Notes: generated from the letters alone by a model not told the origin. A DNA stretch of 64,000 nucleotides from Coleofasciculus chthonoplastes F2-STO-03 (GCA_040222015.1 JAVJWO010000040.1:32001-96000); one strand, 5' to 3'. Positions 21,356-30,859 are shown, counted from the stretch's first letter. Numbers and translations are program-made.

Positions 21356-21769
21356 TTAGTTGCCAGAGAGTTGGCTCAAATCGCGGATGGGCTGCCCTCG
21401 CCACCGTAAGATGGCACAGGCATGAGCTTTTTTGAGCATGAATCGATCCGCAGCTTGGGAGAGTTCCTGCAATTCTTGATGCTCGGCTTCTGAGAGTAAG
21501 CCCTCCTGATTGCGTTCTAGCAGGGTGATATGGCGTTCCTGTTGCTCCACAGGAATCTGGCTTTGGGCAATTTGCCGCAGAGCTTCAACGCTCAGAGTTG
21601 GCAGGGTTAACAGTTCACTCCGAGCTTCAACCGGAGCCGTTTCAATCGCCGGGGGTAAATTGCCGGTGATACTTTGAATCACCAGATAGGACAACGGTTG
21701 GTTGGTCAGTTCTGCCAGTCGAGATAGGCGTTCAAAGGCAGATTCAGGCAGGTCGATGGTAAGTTGCAT
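21356..21769 (-). CDS. RHH/CopG-like protein, putative antitoxin partner of the HNH gene
   Basis: N-terminal MQLTIDLPESAFERLSRLAELTNQP; ends 3 nt upstream of the HNH start. Confidence 0.65.
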   Translation of the reverse strand: MQLTIDLPESAFERLSRLAELTNQPLSYLVIQSITGNLPPAIETAPVEARSELLTLPTLSVEALRQIAQSQIPVEQQERHITLLERNQEGLLSEAEHQELQELSQAADRFMLKKAHACAILRWRGQPIRDLSQLSGN

Positions 21770-21781
21770 GATGATGTTGAT

Positions 21782-22274
21782 TTATGTCAAAGACAACTTA
21801 TTAGACAACTTGTAAAATTTCTGGAGTTGGCAGAGGCTTTCCTGTTTGCCTGTAGCCATTGGCTTTGGCAATAGTGGATGTATCCAAGATGTATCCAATA
21901 GGAATCTTACTTTTGGTCGGGATCTGGAAAACCTCTCTCCAAACCTCTCTCCTGCAAGGAGAGAGGCTTTGAATTCTCCCCCTTCCGTGGAACAAAAGCG
22001 AAGCATCCTCTGTCCTCCCCCCGTGCAAAAAAAGCGAAGCATCCTCTGTCCTCCCCCCTCTTGTAGGGGGGAATGAGGGGGGTTGGGGGGAATGAGGGGG
22101 GTTGGGGGGAATGAGGGGGGTTGGGAAGGGGGCTGGGGGGAAAGGGTTTGATATCGATTTTTCTAGATGGCGTGAAAAGTCAGAATAGGAATGGCTACCT
22201 TTACCACGTTTTGGTAAGAGTGTAAACCCAGCTTGTTGAAACATTTGCTTTAGCTCCCTGATTGTCTTAGGCAT
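21782..22274 (-). pseudogene. hicA: HicA-type toxin pseudogene interrupted by a MITE
   Basis: MPKTIRELKQMFQQAGFTLLPKRGKGSHSY | WIHPLLPKP once the insertion and an 11-bp duplication are removed; GKGSH motif. Confidence 0.8.
21906..22183. mobile_element. 278-bp MITE with 9-bp target-site duplication AATAGGAAT
   Basis: Ends CTTACTTTT...AAAAGTCAG; AATAGGAAT at 21897-21905 and 22184-22192; internal G-rich and AAAAGCGAAGCATCCTCTGTCCTCCCCC repeats. Confidence 0.85.
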
Positions 22275-22289
22275 TTCACAAACTAGCTC

Positions 22290-24620
22290 TTAAAATGGCA
22301 TCGGTGTCGGGTTCATCTGCGCCTCAGTGAGCGGTTCATCCCGCCACCCCAGCTTCACTGGCACATCATAGAGCCGCCCTGCCCCAAACCGTGACCAAAA
22401 ATGGCGCATCTCTGGCACAATCACCTTAACCACATTTAAACCAATGTCTGGTCGGGTTTGATCCAGCACCAAGGTTTCTAGCCCCGCTTGCTGGGCAATC
22501 TCCACACAGGCGAGTACCTCGGCGTAAATATCATCTCCCCAAAGCTTGGGGTAATCCTGGGCAGTCTTCAGGGGTTGCTTGGCATCAGGAACCAGATAGG
22601 GATGATCCGCCAACTTCGCATTCAGTAACCAATCCGCTGCATCGCTTTTCAGGTTCTCATCTGGCACCTTGTCCAGTTCCAAACCCAGTTGATTCACCTC
22701 TGTCAGGGCGCGAAGGATGGCAATCGTGGGGTCAAGGTGCGCTCCAAAGCCGAGAATCAGCCGTTCCGAGGTTCCAGTCTGCCGATTCGACACGCCGACA
22801 AACGCGGGAATGCCTAAATCTGCCGTCAAATCCAGCACCCACAACTCTCGGTCATGGTCCCGGTAGTACCGCTGCAACGCCTGGAAATACGGCTCATCAA
22901 AGCTGCTCAAATCCACCGCTGGACGGCTCAGGCGGTTGTACCACCACAGCGCCACACTGTCGCGCTCCACCAGTTCCAGAAACCCTTGCAGGATTGCCTC
23001 TTCCAAGGTGTTCCCCGCCGCATTACCGTTGGAGTCACCTCGGCAGAAGCGGTGTGCTGGGGGCAAGGGGTAATGGTAGTAGCACATTGCCGTGGGTAAA
23101 TACTTATGCGTCTGCTGCGTGAGGGACCACATTGGCGTCCAATCAATCGCCTGACTCGGAGCAAACCGTTGAGGAATCCAATCATGAGCCACCGTTGCCT
23201 GCTCATTCAGGGTGTCCCGATTGGCATATTGCGCTTCACTAAAGCACAAACACCGCTGCGGATGAATCGCCAAGTCTTCCAGTTCCGCCAAGGTAGCCCG
23301 TCTCCGGGGTTCATCCCCCTGAAAGATACCGGAATAGCGCTCCACCGCCTCACACAACCCACTCGCCCGGGATTGGCTATCGGTTTTGCCTTTACCGGAA
23401 CTCTTGTGTTTCAAGGTATTCCGTAGCCCCCGCAGGGAGGTGGAACTACCAAAACTATGCCCCGCTTTGTAGGTATGCACCAAGGGATTCGCGGGGTCAG
23501 AAATCCGCACCAGTTCCGTTACCACCCCCGTCACTGGACTAATGAGATGCTGATATTTCTGCACCGTCTGTTCTGGGGTAGTAGCACGATGACCGCCATC
23601 CTGGGTGAACTGCTTGGGACGCGACTCCAGGTTCAGCCGCTCAAACCCCCGCCGTTGCAAGAGTTGCGGGTTACCACAGGTGGGACATTGAGGACGCCGG
23701 ATCAGGGCATGGGTTTTCAAATCCGGGAGCATCTGGTTGAACGTGATAATCTTGCCCTCTAGGGTGGGGAAAAACACTGTTCCCGATGTCGTGGTATTGA
23801 TATAGTGCTTAACCACCCACTTAGCAATCTCCGTCGCCGCCAACTGTAACCCGGTTTGCTGAGTTGAGGGCAGCGTCGCCCGTGCTGTGGGAAAGCAACC
23901 CAGCATCCCCTGCCCATTCTCACCATTGCGCTGCTGCTGTTCCTGTTTTTGCCGCAACACCGACGACTCCACTTCCCGGTTCCCCCGGAGGGGATGGGCA
24001 AGACAGTGCCAACACCCCGTCTTCCCCGGCACAAATACCGGACCCAGCCACAGCACACTACCCACCGGCTTCACCAGTAACCAAGGTTGCTGACGCTCTA
24101 AAGCTTGCTGGTTAATCGTCGCCAGTTCCGGTTGCAAATAGTCATCGGTTAAGACAACATTCAGCGCCGTTGGCGAATCCGCGTCGGGAGGTGCCACGGA
24201 AATGCCCACGTCCCCCAGAGCAGCTTTCAGGGCTGCCACCGTCACCTCACTAATCCCCTGACCCACCGTTGTCAGCGTCACCGACTGCTGTAGCCCCTGG
24301 GCTGCCACGGGGGGGGCAATCCCTAACTCACTCCAGAATGCCGCCACGTCTGAAGATAGCTCTGGCGCCGCTTCGGTGAGATACCCCTTCTCTGCCAAGC
24401 GATTTAGCACATAGTCGATGTAGTCTGGGGGGACTTCCCCATCCAGCTTTTCGACAATCTGCTCTAGGGTGTATTGCCCATTTAACAGGGGCAGAATCTG
24501 GCAGTAGAGTTGTCCGGTGAGGGCGTGGTTGCCCTGTTCACCCAGGAGATACACCTGCTTCGGCTCGATGATCTCCACATGGAAGTGGGGCTTAATTTGG
24601 GGCAGTGTCGTGGATTCCAT
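22290..24620 (-). CDS. patD: cyanobactin heterocyclase (RRE + E1-like + YcaO), PatD/TruD/LynD family
   Basis: QIKPHFHVEIIEPKQVYLLGE, SSGKGKTDSQSRASGLCEAVER, SNGNAAGNTLEEA, C-terminal PTPMPF. Confidence 0.97.
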   Translation of the reverse strand: MESTTLPQIKPHFHVEIIEPKQVYLLGEQGNHALTGQLYCQILPLLNGQYTLEQIVEKLDGEVPPDYIDYVLNRLAEKGYLTEAAPELSSDVAAFWSELGIAPPVAAQGLQQSVTLTTVGQGISEVTVAALKAALGDVGISVAPPDADSPTALNVVLTDDYLQPELATINQQALERQQPWLLVKPVGSVLWLGPVFVPGKTGCWHCLAHPLRGNREVESSVLRQKQEQQQRNGENGQGMLGCFPTARATLPSTQQTGLQLAATEIAKWVVKHYINTTTSGTVFFPTLEGKIITFNQMLPDLKTHALIRRPQCPTCGNPQLLQRRGFERLNLESRPKQFTQDGGHRATTPEQTVQKYQHLISPVTGVVTELVRISDPANPLVHTYKAGHSFGSSTSLRGLRNTLKHKSSGKGKTDSQSRASGLCEAVERYSGIFQGDEPRRRATLAELEDLAIHPQRCLCFSEAQYANRDTLNEQATVAHDWIPQRFAPSQAIDWTPMWSLTQQTHKYLPTAMCYYHYPLPPAHRFCRGDSNGNAAGNTLEEAILQGFLELVERDSVALWWYNRLSRPAVDLSSFDEPYFQALQRYYRDHDRELWVLDLTADLGIPAFVGVSNRQTGTSERLILGFGAHLDPTIAILRALTEVNQLGLELDKVPDENLKSDAADWLLNAKLADHPYLVPDAKQPLKTAQDYPKLWGDDIYAEVLACVEIAQQAGLETLVLDQTRPDIGLNVVKVIVPEMRHFWSRFGAGRLYDVPVKLGWRDEPLTEAQMNPTPMPF

Positions 24621-24652
24621 AGCGCGAACAGTCGGTGATTAAGTGTGAGTGC

Positions 24653-24679
24653 AAGAAGGCAGAAGGCAGAAGGCAGAAG
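24653..24679. repeat. STRR (AGAAGGC)n
   Basis: Read directly. Confidence 0.8.
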
Positions 24680-24685
24680 GTGGGG

Positions 24686-24927
24686 CGGACTTTTCACAGT
24701 ATGTAGCCCAATGTGAGTGTGAATTGTGTAGGGGCGGGTTTCACCACTCTCTTTTCGGTTGCAACTAGATGTAACTAAACCCGCCCCGACTCAGGTTTTG
24801 AGTCTCTATCTGTAGGGTGTGTTAGCGTAACGCACCATTGCCACTAAACCCGCCCCGACGCGCCATGGCGCGTCTCTACAGATGCCGCGTCTCTACAATA
24901 GTTTTTAGGCGTCCCGTGAAAAGTCAA
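24686..24927. mobile_element. MITE-like element between patC and patD carrying nested REP palindromes
   Basis: Ends CGGACTTTTCAC...GTGAAAAGTCAA; interior similar to 84-241. Confidence 0.65.
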
Positions 24928-24932
24928 GACGA

Positions 24933-25148
24933 TTAAGCCCAGATACGCCCCCGACGGAAAGACTTGGATTTGCTCCCAGATTTTTTTGCCTCCTCCCGGG
25001 CGTAGTCCCACCAATAGGAGTAGTCTTGTAGCCCAGTCATCGACGTCGGCACGTAGGACTTTGGGGGTTCAGGCGTAGGCGTCTCGTTAGCTGGAGGGGC
25101 GTCTGACGCCTTATCTTCAGAGTTTTGGCTGCTCGATTTCTTGCTCAT
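24933..25148 (-). CDS. patC: PatC-type protein from an internal start (71 aa)
   Basis: AAGGAG-N6-ATG directly before MSKKSS; PatC motifs. Confidence 0.75.
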   Translation of the reverse strand: MSKKSSSQNSEDKASDAPPANETPTPEPPKSYVPTSMTGLQDYSYWWDYAREEAKKSGSKSKSFRRGRIWA

Positions 25149-25808
25149 GTTAATCTCCTTATAATAAATAGGGGTCTGGCTACCACAAATAATTTGCTCA
25201 AGAACTGCCGCAAAATTTGTTGGCGCATCCACAGCGGCGAAAAACTGTCCCTGGGTTTCAGCCGCAACTCTGGCATATTCTGGCTGAATAGTGTCACGGT
25301 GCTTGCTTTTGGACATACCCAAATAGGTATGAACTCGAACGTGAGAAGCTTGGGCGCTTTGAATTGCTAAATTCGCCGCCTCAATATCCGCTGCCTCAGT
25401 TTTGCCACCACCGCCTTCCAGGGCTTCATCACCCAGATAAAATAGGGAACGATAAGCTTGCTCTCGCCAATCGAAATGGTTTGAGACATCTTCAATAGCA
25501 CGAGCAGCATCTTCTTGAGCACCCGCTGAGGGAAGTTCACCTCGCTTGCGCCCCCGCAGTTTAGCCTCAGCCACTCCACAGTCTTTTGTGAGGTAAGTTC
25601 GCAGCGTGCGCTTAAATGCCGTCCCGCGCCATCGCCCCTCAATCCCCAGCCAAACCACCCGCAAATCCGCCGGACAGTTCGCCTCGGCTGCGGTAATCGC
25701 GGCTGCCACCGCATCACTGACGGCATTGGCAACATCTTTCATCGAAGGACTTGTATCCATCAGGATCACCAAATCAACGAGTGGTATTGTGCTAGCAGAA
25801 TTACTCAT
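24933..25808 (-). CDS. vWA (MIDAS) domain protein fused in frame to cyanobactin PatC
   Basis: DLVILMDTSPSM (DxSxS), EDAARAI, FYLGDEA; C-terminal TGLQDYSYWW...FRRGRIWA is PatC/TenC/TruC-like; no stop between the two parts. Confidence 0.85.
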   Translation of the reverse strand: MSNSASTIPLVDLVILMDTSPSMKDVANAVSDAVAAAITAAEANCPADLRVVWLGIEGRWRGTAFKRTLRTYLTKDCGVAEAKLRGRKRGELPSAGAQEDAARAIEDVSNHFDWREQAYRSLFYLGDEALEGGGGKTEAADIEAANLAIQSAQASHVRVHTYLGMSKSKHRDTIQPEYARVAAETQGQFFAAVDAPTNFAAVLEQIICGSQTPIYYKEINMSKKSSSQNSEDKASDAPPANETPTPEPPKSYVPTSMTGLQDYSYWWDYAREEAKKSGSKSKSFRRGRIWA

Positions 25809-25851
25809 AGGGATACTGACGTCACCTTTACTTCTCAAACCATTGACCGAA

Positions 25852-26088
25852 TTAAAAGAAGCTTCCCATGCCGCCAAAGCCACCCCAACCCTGGCTAGCA
25901 CTTGAGTGCATCACTTGGTTAAAACTGCGGTTGGCATAGGCGGACGGATCGTTATAGTTAGCGCCATGGAGCAAATCCATGCGAATATGCACCAAATCTT
26001 CGAGCCGACCATTTTCCACATCCACGCATAGTGCTGGCTGGACGAAATGGGGTCGTTTGACCGGGGGAGACAATACAGGTAGTCGCAT
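25852..26088 (-). CDS. patB: cyanobactin PatB/AcyB family protein
   Basis: MRLPVLSPPVKRPHFVQP...LVHIRMDLLHGANYNDP. Confidence 0.92.
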   Translation of the reverse strand: MRLPVLSPPVKRPHFVQPALCVDVENGRLEDLVHIRMDLLHGANYNDPSAYANRSFNQVMHSSASQGWGGFGGMGSFF

Positions 26089-26214
26089 TGTTGAAAATCC
26101 TCCACAATTAACGTATAGAGTGAACAGGGGTGTCGGGTTAGGTGTTCATTGTCGGGACACAGCACTACCGTGCCTGTACAACTATCCCAACCCTGACCCC
26201 AATTTGGCTGTCCC

Positions 26215-28212
26215 TTAGTAAGGGGAAGACCAGGAACGGACTTCGCCCAAGGTAACCGGAACCAGGTCACTCACATCAATCGTAAATCGGAAAATCTTCT
26301 TGGCACGACGATTATTTTCCGGGTCGAAGAATTTCAGCTTCACATCCCAACAGTCGCTATCCATACGACAGAAGGGACTTTTCTCCACGGTGATGCTATC
26401 GAGTTCCATCCCCACCGCAACCGCTTGGCTGAAGGTTTGCGCCGCTTGGAAGGCGTTGGTAACCGCGAAGTTAAGGGCGCGGTCTTGAGACGTAGTACCC
26501 AAGTTGCGGAGGTCGTAGTAGATGCGGTTGAGGAATCCATCCAACGTCTGACGGATACGACCTTCATCCGCTGTTGTTTCCTCAGTTTGTACGGCTTCCA
26601 TCGCCGCACTCACCAAGTTGTTCACCTTCCAGCCGTAGATGCCCCGGGTTCCCAGGGGTTCAATCACGGGGATAACTTGACCGGAGAAGAGCTTAACCGT
26701 GCGCTTGGTTAAAATACCCGGAATACTGACGCGCTCCACGTATTCAGCATCATTTTCGGCTTGGATTTGACCCGCCAAAAGTTCCTGCAGGGCGCGGTAG
26801 GCATCGACGGCAAAGGGACCCGTGGGCGCGATCGCATAAACTGGAGTCAGTTCAACATTGAGCGTCCAAATCAGCGATCGCGATTCCGACATATTATCTC
26901 CCAGATAGTCCACCATCTGGCGGGCATCATAGGGGTTTGCCGGCACCATCGTCCCCTGAAAGTCAAAGGGCGGCATCAGTTGCTTAAACGAGTCCCGACG
27001 GGCTTCTGAGCCGAAATCATAACCCAGAGTTCCCAAAACATAGACAATTTCACCGAGAGAGGGGATCTCGCTGGGGGCTTCGCTGGCGGTAACGGAATGA
27101 GCAGTAAGATTGGGCATAGTGGGCATAGCAGGGGGTTGGGGTACAGAATTCATCAGGTTTTGCAGGTTGGGACTGTTCGTGGGCATTGCCCCTGGGGGTG
27201 AAGACGGGGCGGACTCAGCGCTTGGCGCTTCTGTCCCACTGGTCAACCCCCCCACACACCCGCAACCTGCGCCTTCCACGCCTGCTTCATCAACGGTGGC
27301 TGCATCAACGGCTGATGCAAGTTCCTCTGACATAGTTCCTCCTGTTAGTAACGTTACAGCTCCAGATATGTTGAGTTTGCCCGCCAGACACCGCTGGGCA
27401 TCAGCGGGCAGGTCAAAGTCACAGGGCAATGCACTCTGCAACAACACTTGACGCACTCTTTGGGGGTCAGGGATTTCCCCCCGTTCCCGTTGCAGACTCA
27501 GCAGCAGCGCCGCCACCCCCGACACAATCGGCGTGGCAAAGCTCGTACCACTCAGCGTCTGAGTTCCCCCACCGGGTTTTGCCCCCAAGACATCCTTGCC
27601 GAGGGCAAGAATGCCTTGAGTCTTATAGGTGTCACCCCAGTTACTAAAGTCCAAGGGCTTGCCGTTGGCATCCATGGCGCCAACAGCCAGGGCAGCGGGC
27701 AGGGCAGCCGGGACATGGAGACATTCGCAGCCATTGTTACCCGCCGCCGCAATCAGCAAAACATTCTGCTGCTCACATAAGCGCACCGCATTCTCCAGCC
27801 AGCCGTCGGCTTCCCCAAAATCCGTGAGTTGACCGCCACTGATGTTGATAACGTGCGCTCCGGCGTTCACTGCCCGCTCAATGCCCCGCGCCAAGTCTAA
27901 CTGGGATACACGGCGGCGATTATCGGAAAAGATGGGAACAATCACCCCTTGGCATTGCGGTGCAATCCCCGTCACCGGACTCCCCGGTTGACCCAAAATA
28001 ATGCTGGAAACATGGGTGCCGTGAACCGACATATTACCATCCGGACGAGCCTCCTCATTCACCAGAGACGGCAAGCGCGTCAGGGTTTTGCCGACAAAGC
28101 AAGGATGGGTTTGGTCAACCGGTCCATCCAACACGGCAATGCAAATATCCTTGTCACCCTGGGTCATCGCCATCAACTCCGGCAATGCAGGTATCGCCAA
28201 AACAGCAGACAT
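26215..28212 (-). CDS. patA: cyanobactin N-terminal protease PatA (S8) with C-terminal domain
   Basis: IAVLDG, HGTHV, GTSFATP; C-terminal LGYDFGSEARRD, KSPFCRMDSDCW. Confidence 0.96.
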   Translation of the reverse strand: MSAVLAIPALPELMAMTQGDKDICIAVLDGPVDQTHPCFVGKTLTRLPSLVNEEARPDGNMSVHGTHVSSIILGQPGSPVTGIAPQCQGVIVPIFSDNRRRVSQLDLARGIERAVNAGAHVINISGGQLTDFGEADGWLENAVRLCEQQNVLLIAAAGNNGCECLHVPAALPAALAVGAMDANGKPLDFSNWGDTYKTQGILALGKDVLGAKPGGGTQTLSGTSFATPIVSGVAALLLSLQRERGEIPDPQRVRQVLLQSALPCDFDLPADAQRCLAGKLNISGAVTLLTGGTMSEELASAVDAATVDEAGVEGAGCGCVGGLTSGTEAPSAESAPSSPPGAMPTNSPNLQNLMNSVPQPPAMPTMPNLTAHSVTASEAPSEIPSLGEIVYVLGTLGYDFGSEARRDSFKQLMPPFDFQGTMVPANPYDARQMVDYLGDNMSESRSLIWTLNVELTPVYAIAPTGPFAVDAYRALQELLAGQIQAENDAEYVERVSIPGILTKRTVKLFSGQVIPVIEPLGTRGIYGWKVNNLVSAAMEAVQTEETTADEGRIRQTLDGFLNRIYYDLRNLGTTSQDRALNFAVTNAFQAAQTFSQAVAVGMELDSITVEKSPFCRMDSDCWDVKLKFFDPENNRRAKKIFRFTIDVSDLVPVTLGEVRSWSSPY

Positions 28213-28694
28213 AAATTAGTTCGTCCTGTCGCCCTAAAAATAGCTAAACTACTCGAATTAATTGGATATAAAGTGACCCTGCTATGGGTATTACAAGATA
28301 TACCTATAGCTCCGGTTTTGACCGATTAATACCAATATAGATATGGGTATTACTGTCTGATCGAAAATTCATTTTCAAATCTCTTTTTGTTTATAGCATA
28401 CTGATTTTTTTTTTTACAAGTGATTTTGTATTTTTTTAAAAGTCTATTTGATTTGTACCAATAATTTAGACAAAGCCATAGTAATAAGTGTGGGATGCAC
28501 AAATTGCCAGGTTTAATGCCTGTTTTATTGTTTATTCTTTTGAGCTAGAAACACTGTTTAGGGGTTTGGTGACCAAGCCCCTACGGTGGCTTGCTCGCCT
28601 CTTGAACGATGGGTTCAGATCGCGTTGGCGAAGCCTGTTCCTTCAGAACGTATGGCACTCAAACCCAAAAAAGACCAACTTGCCAGGTAAGATA

Positions 28695-28799
28695 TAGCAA
28701 TCGCCATAGCGGTTAGGACGCATCATTTAGTTGTTCCAGACGCGCCATGGCGCGTCTGGAACAACAGTTCGTTTGTCCTAATCGATGTGTCTACTGCTA
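28695..28799. mobile_element. TA-flanked MITE (TAGCA...TGCTA ends; IS630/Tc1-mariner-like) with central palindrome
   Basis: TA on both sides; inverted relative of the element at 52004-52105. Confidence 0.75.
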
Positions 28800-28932
28800 T
28801 ACTTGTTCTCCTTGTTAGTGATATTCACGAATTGTTTCACAAGTCGGTTCACTTGACAAATACAACCGTCCATTTTTGTAATAAAACATTACAATCTCTG
28901 GAACAGACTGTTTCAATACTTCCCCTGAAAAG

Positions 28933-29451
28933 TCACGTGGAGGTGTCTGGTAATTGAGCCAAGCGTTCTTTGTAAATATTGATCGTCATCTGTTCATCAT
29001 CACGCTTAGCCAGCGAGCGGCTGATTTTACCTACAACTAGGGGTTTAGATACACCGGGTTCTGGGTGGATCACAGTGCGGGCGCGAATAGTCAGTTGGTT
29101 ATTTTCTCCACCCAAACGCCCATAAGAAAAGAAGTCGCTGGCGGCTTGGCGCAGACTGGCTTCCAGTTGAGATTCGTTGATCTTTGTGGGTAAAGCGATA
29201 ACAGCTTGGTTGCCTCCGTTGTCGTAGACTAAGGTAAAGTGGACTGCACCAGGAATTACTGTATGGCTAAATGGGACGATACTCAGGGCAAATAAGCCGC
29301 CCGTCAGCACCCCCATAAAGCCCGTAATTCCCACCAGCCGAAATCGGATGCCCCATTTAAAGATAAAACCTAAGAGGCTAAGAACTCCGCAAACTAGGGT
29401 GAGAATGCCTATCCATTGGGTATAGGAGAGAAAGTCGGTCGTTGTTGGCAT
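28933..29451 (-). CDS. ycf51: Ycf51/DUF2518 family protein
   Basis: WGIRFRLVGITGF, VYDNGGNQAVI, LTIRARTVIHPEPGVS. Confidence 0.8.
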   Translation of the reverse strand: MPTTTDFLSYTQWIGILTLVCGVLSLLGFIFKWGIRFRLVGITGFMGVLTGGLFALSIVPFSHTVIPGAVHFTLVYDNGGNQAVIALPTKINESQLEASLRQAASDFFSYGRLGGENNQLTIRARTVIHPEPGVSKPLVVGKISRSLAKRDDEQMTINIYKERLAQLPDTST

Positions 29452-29760
29452 AGAAGATAACGTGTGTTGACTCGATAAACGCCAATGGCTACATCGTTGC
29501 AATTTGGTAACTTTTTTATCCTATCAGCGTTGCTTCATCCATGAATACCTTCCCTCAGATCAAAGCGGAAGATTTAGCGATGTCGGCGAAAAGCCTCTCA
29601 GTAGATTGGTGGAAATAAACCGAACTATATTAAATTCTGTAAATGCTCCTTGTCCAACTTATCCTCTCCTGCATCACTTTATTTTTAGCTTATTTTTATC
29701 CACGAATTAAAACCCAAAGCCTTACTTGCGCTGTTCCCTGTTGCCCGTTCCCCGTTCTCT

Positions 29761-30267
29761 TTAATGACCCACTCTAATTTCCTGCCGAGCTTTCTGAGTC
29801 CAAGCCTCATTAACTAGCAAATTGCCAGTAGACATTTTAAAATCAAATGGATGAGGAGGTTCAGGGACATCCAGAACACCACCTTGCCGATGAAATTTAA
29901 TTAACCTAACGATCCAAGTACAAAAGTCTAAAATTTCCTCAGGTAATAGCGTTAGATCAAAGTACCAGCTTTGATTAATTCCCCGACAATCTCGTCCCCA
30001 CAGCCTCGATTGAATGATACCTGCTCCTTTATTAATAGACACACGCAAAATAAAGGGTCGTTCCGGGAGTAATTCATCAGGGGCTGTGTGAACATAAATA
30101 CACAAATAATTCATGCGTTGCCGATCATCGATCCAAGATGCCATTGGCAAATTACCCGTTGATGAATTGCGGGTTGTAATCTTCACTGGCACGTTCATCT
30201 TTGCGGCAAATCGATCGTAGAACTCTTGCCTTAGCTGAGAAACCGTGCGTATAGCTTCTGGAGTCAT
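29761..30267 (-). CDS. hypothetical protein
   Basis: 168-aa ORF co-oriented downstream of rpsU. Confidence 0.6.
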   Translation of the reverse strand: MTPEAIRTVSQLRQEFYDRFAAKMNVPVKITTRNSSTGNLPMASWIDDRQRMNYLCIYVHTAPDELLPERPFILRVSINKGAGIIQSRLWGRDCRGINQSWYFDLTLLPEEILDFCTWIVRLIKFHRQGGVLDVPEPPHPFDFKMSTGNLLVNEAWTQKARQEIRVGH

Positions 30268-30297
30268 GATTATTGCATAAGAGTGAACACGTGAATG

Positions 30298-30501
30298 TTA
30301 AAACCGTTTTTTGCGATAGCGAGAAAGCCGCCGCAGTTGCTTATGCCTAGCAATGGCTTTACGTTTACGTTTTTGAATCGGCGTTTCAAAGTGGCGATGT
30401 TTTTTCATATCAGGAAAAATTCCCGCCTTGGAGACAGCTTGTTTAAATCGGCGGAGGGCTGACTCGATCCCTTCATGTTCACCGACAGTCACCTGTGCCA
30501 T
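30298..30501 (-). CDS. rpsU: 30S ribosomal protein S21
   Basis: [11 protein letters not shown]...HFETP..KRKRK; AAGGAGG RBS. Confidence 0.95.
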   Translation of the reverse strand: MAQVTVGEHEGIESALRRFKQAVSKAGIFPDMKKHRHFETPIQKRKRKAIARHKQLRRLSRYRKKRF

Positions 30502-30859
30502 TTTATTTCCTCCTTAGCTTGAGTGAATTGCTCAATACCTGACAACATCTAGCAGAAATGCCTAAACTCCTACTCCAATCTTCAAGTTTGAATCTTATTC
30601 TTCCAAGCTGCCGCTTCAACTCTCGTAAGCGGCAGTCATTGACTATGAACGTAGAATTTAAAATATGAATGTAGAAGAGGAACGCAAGACAAAACCGATT
30701 GCTTCTATTGAGCCAAAGAAAATTGGAAAATCCCTACTGCCTTAGACTTGTTAACGACGGGAAGACATATTGTCTTCGCCTTTCATCGGTGCAGTTGCAG
30801 ACTCGTGCTTTTAGCCTGTACGCTTATGGGTCGGCTTGCGCCTAAACTTAAACTCGAAT

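Noticed and set aside
21801..22274. 157-aa ORF as a real protein
   Set aside because: It is the hicA N-terminus reading through a G/C-rich MITE
22854..24115. Multiple overlapping antisense ORFs within patD (likewise within patA, clpC and hsdR)
   Set aside because: Shadow ORFs of GC-rich coding sequence with no recognisable motifs
25809..25901. N-terminal extension of the vWA-PatC ORF
   Set aside because: Overlaps the patB 3' end; the ATG at 25808 just before the first vWA strand is more plausible
28877..28893. NtcA box upstream of patA (TGTAATAAAACATTACA)
   Set aside because: Spacing is GTA-N9-TAC rather than N8, and it lies far from the patA start
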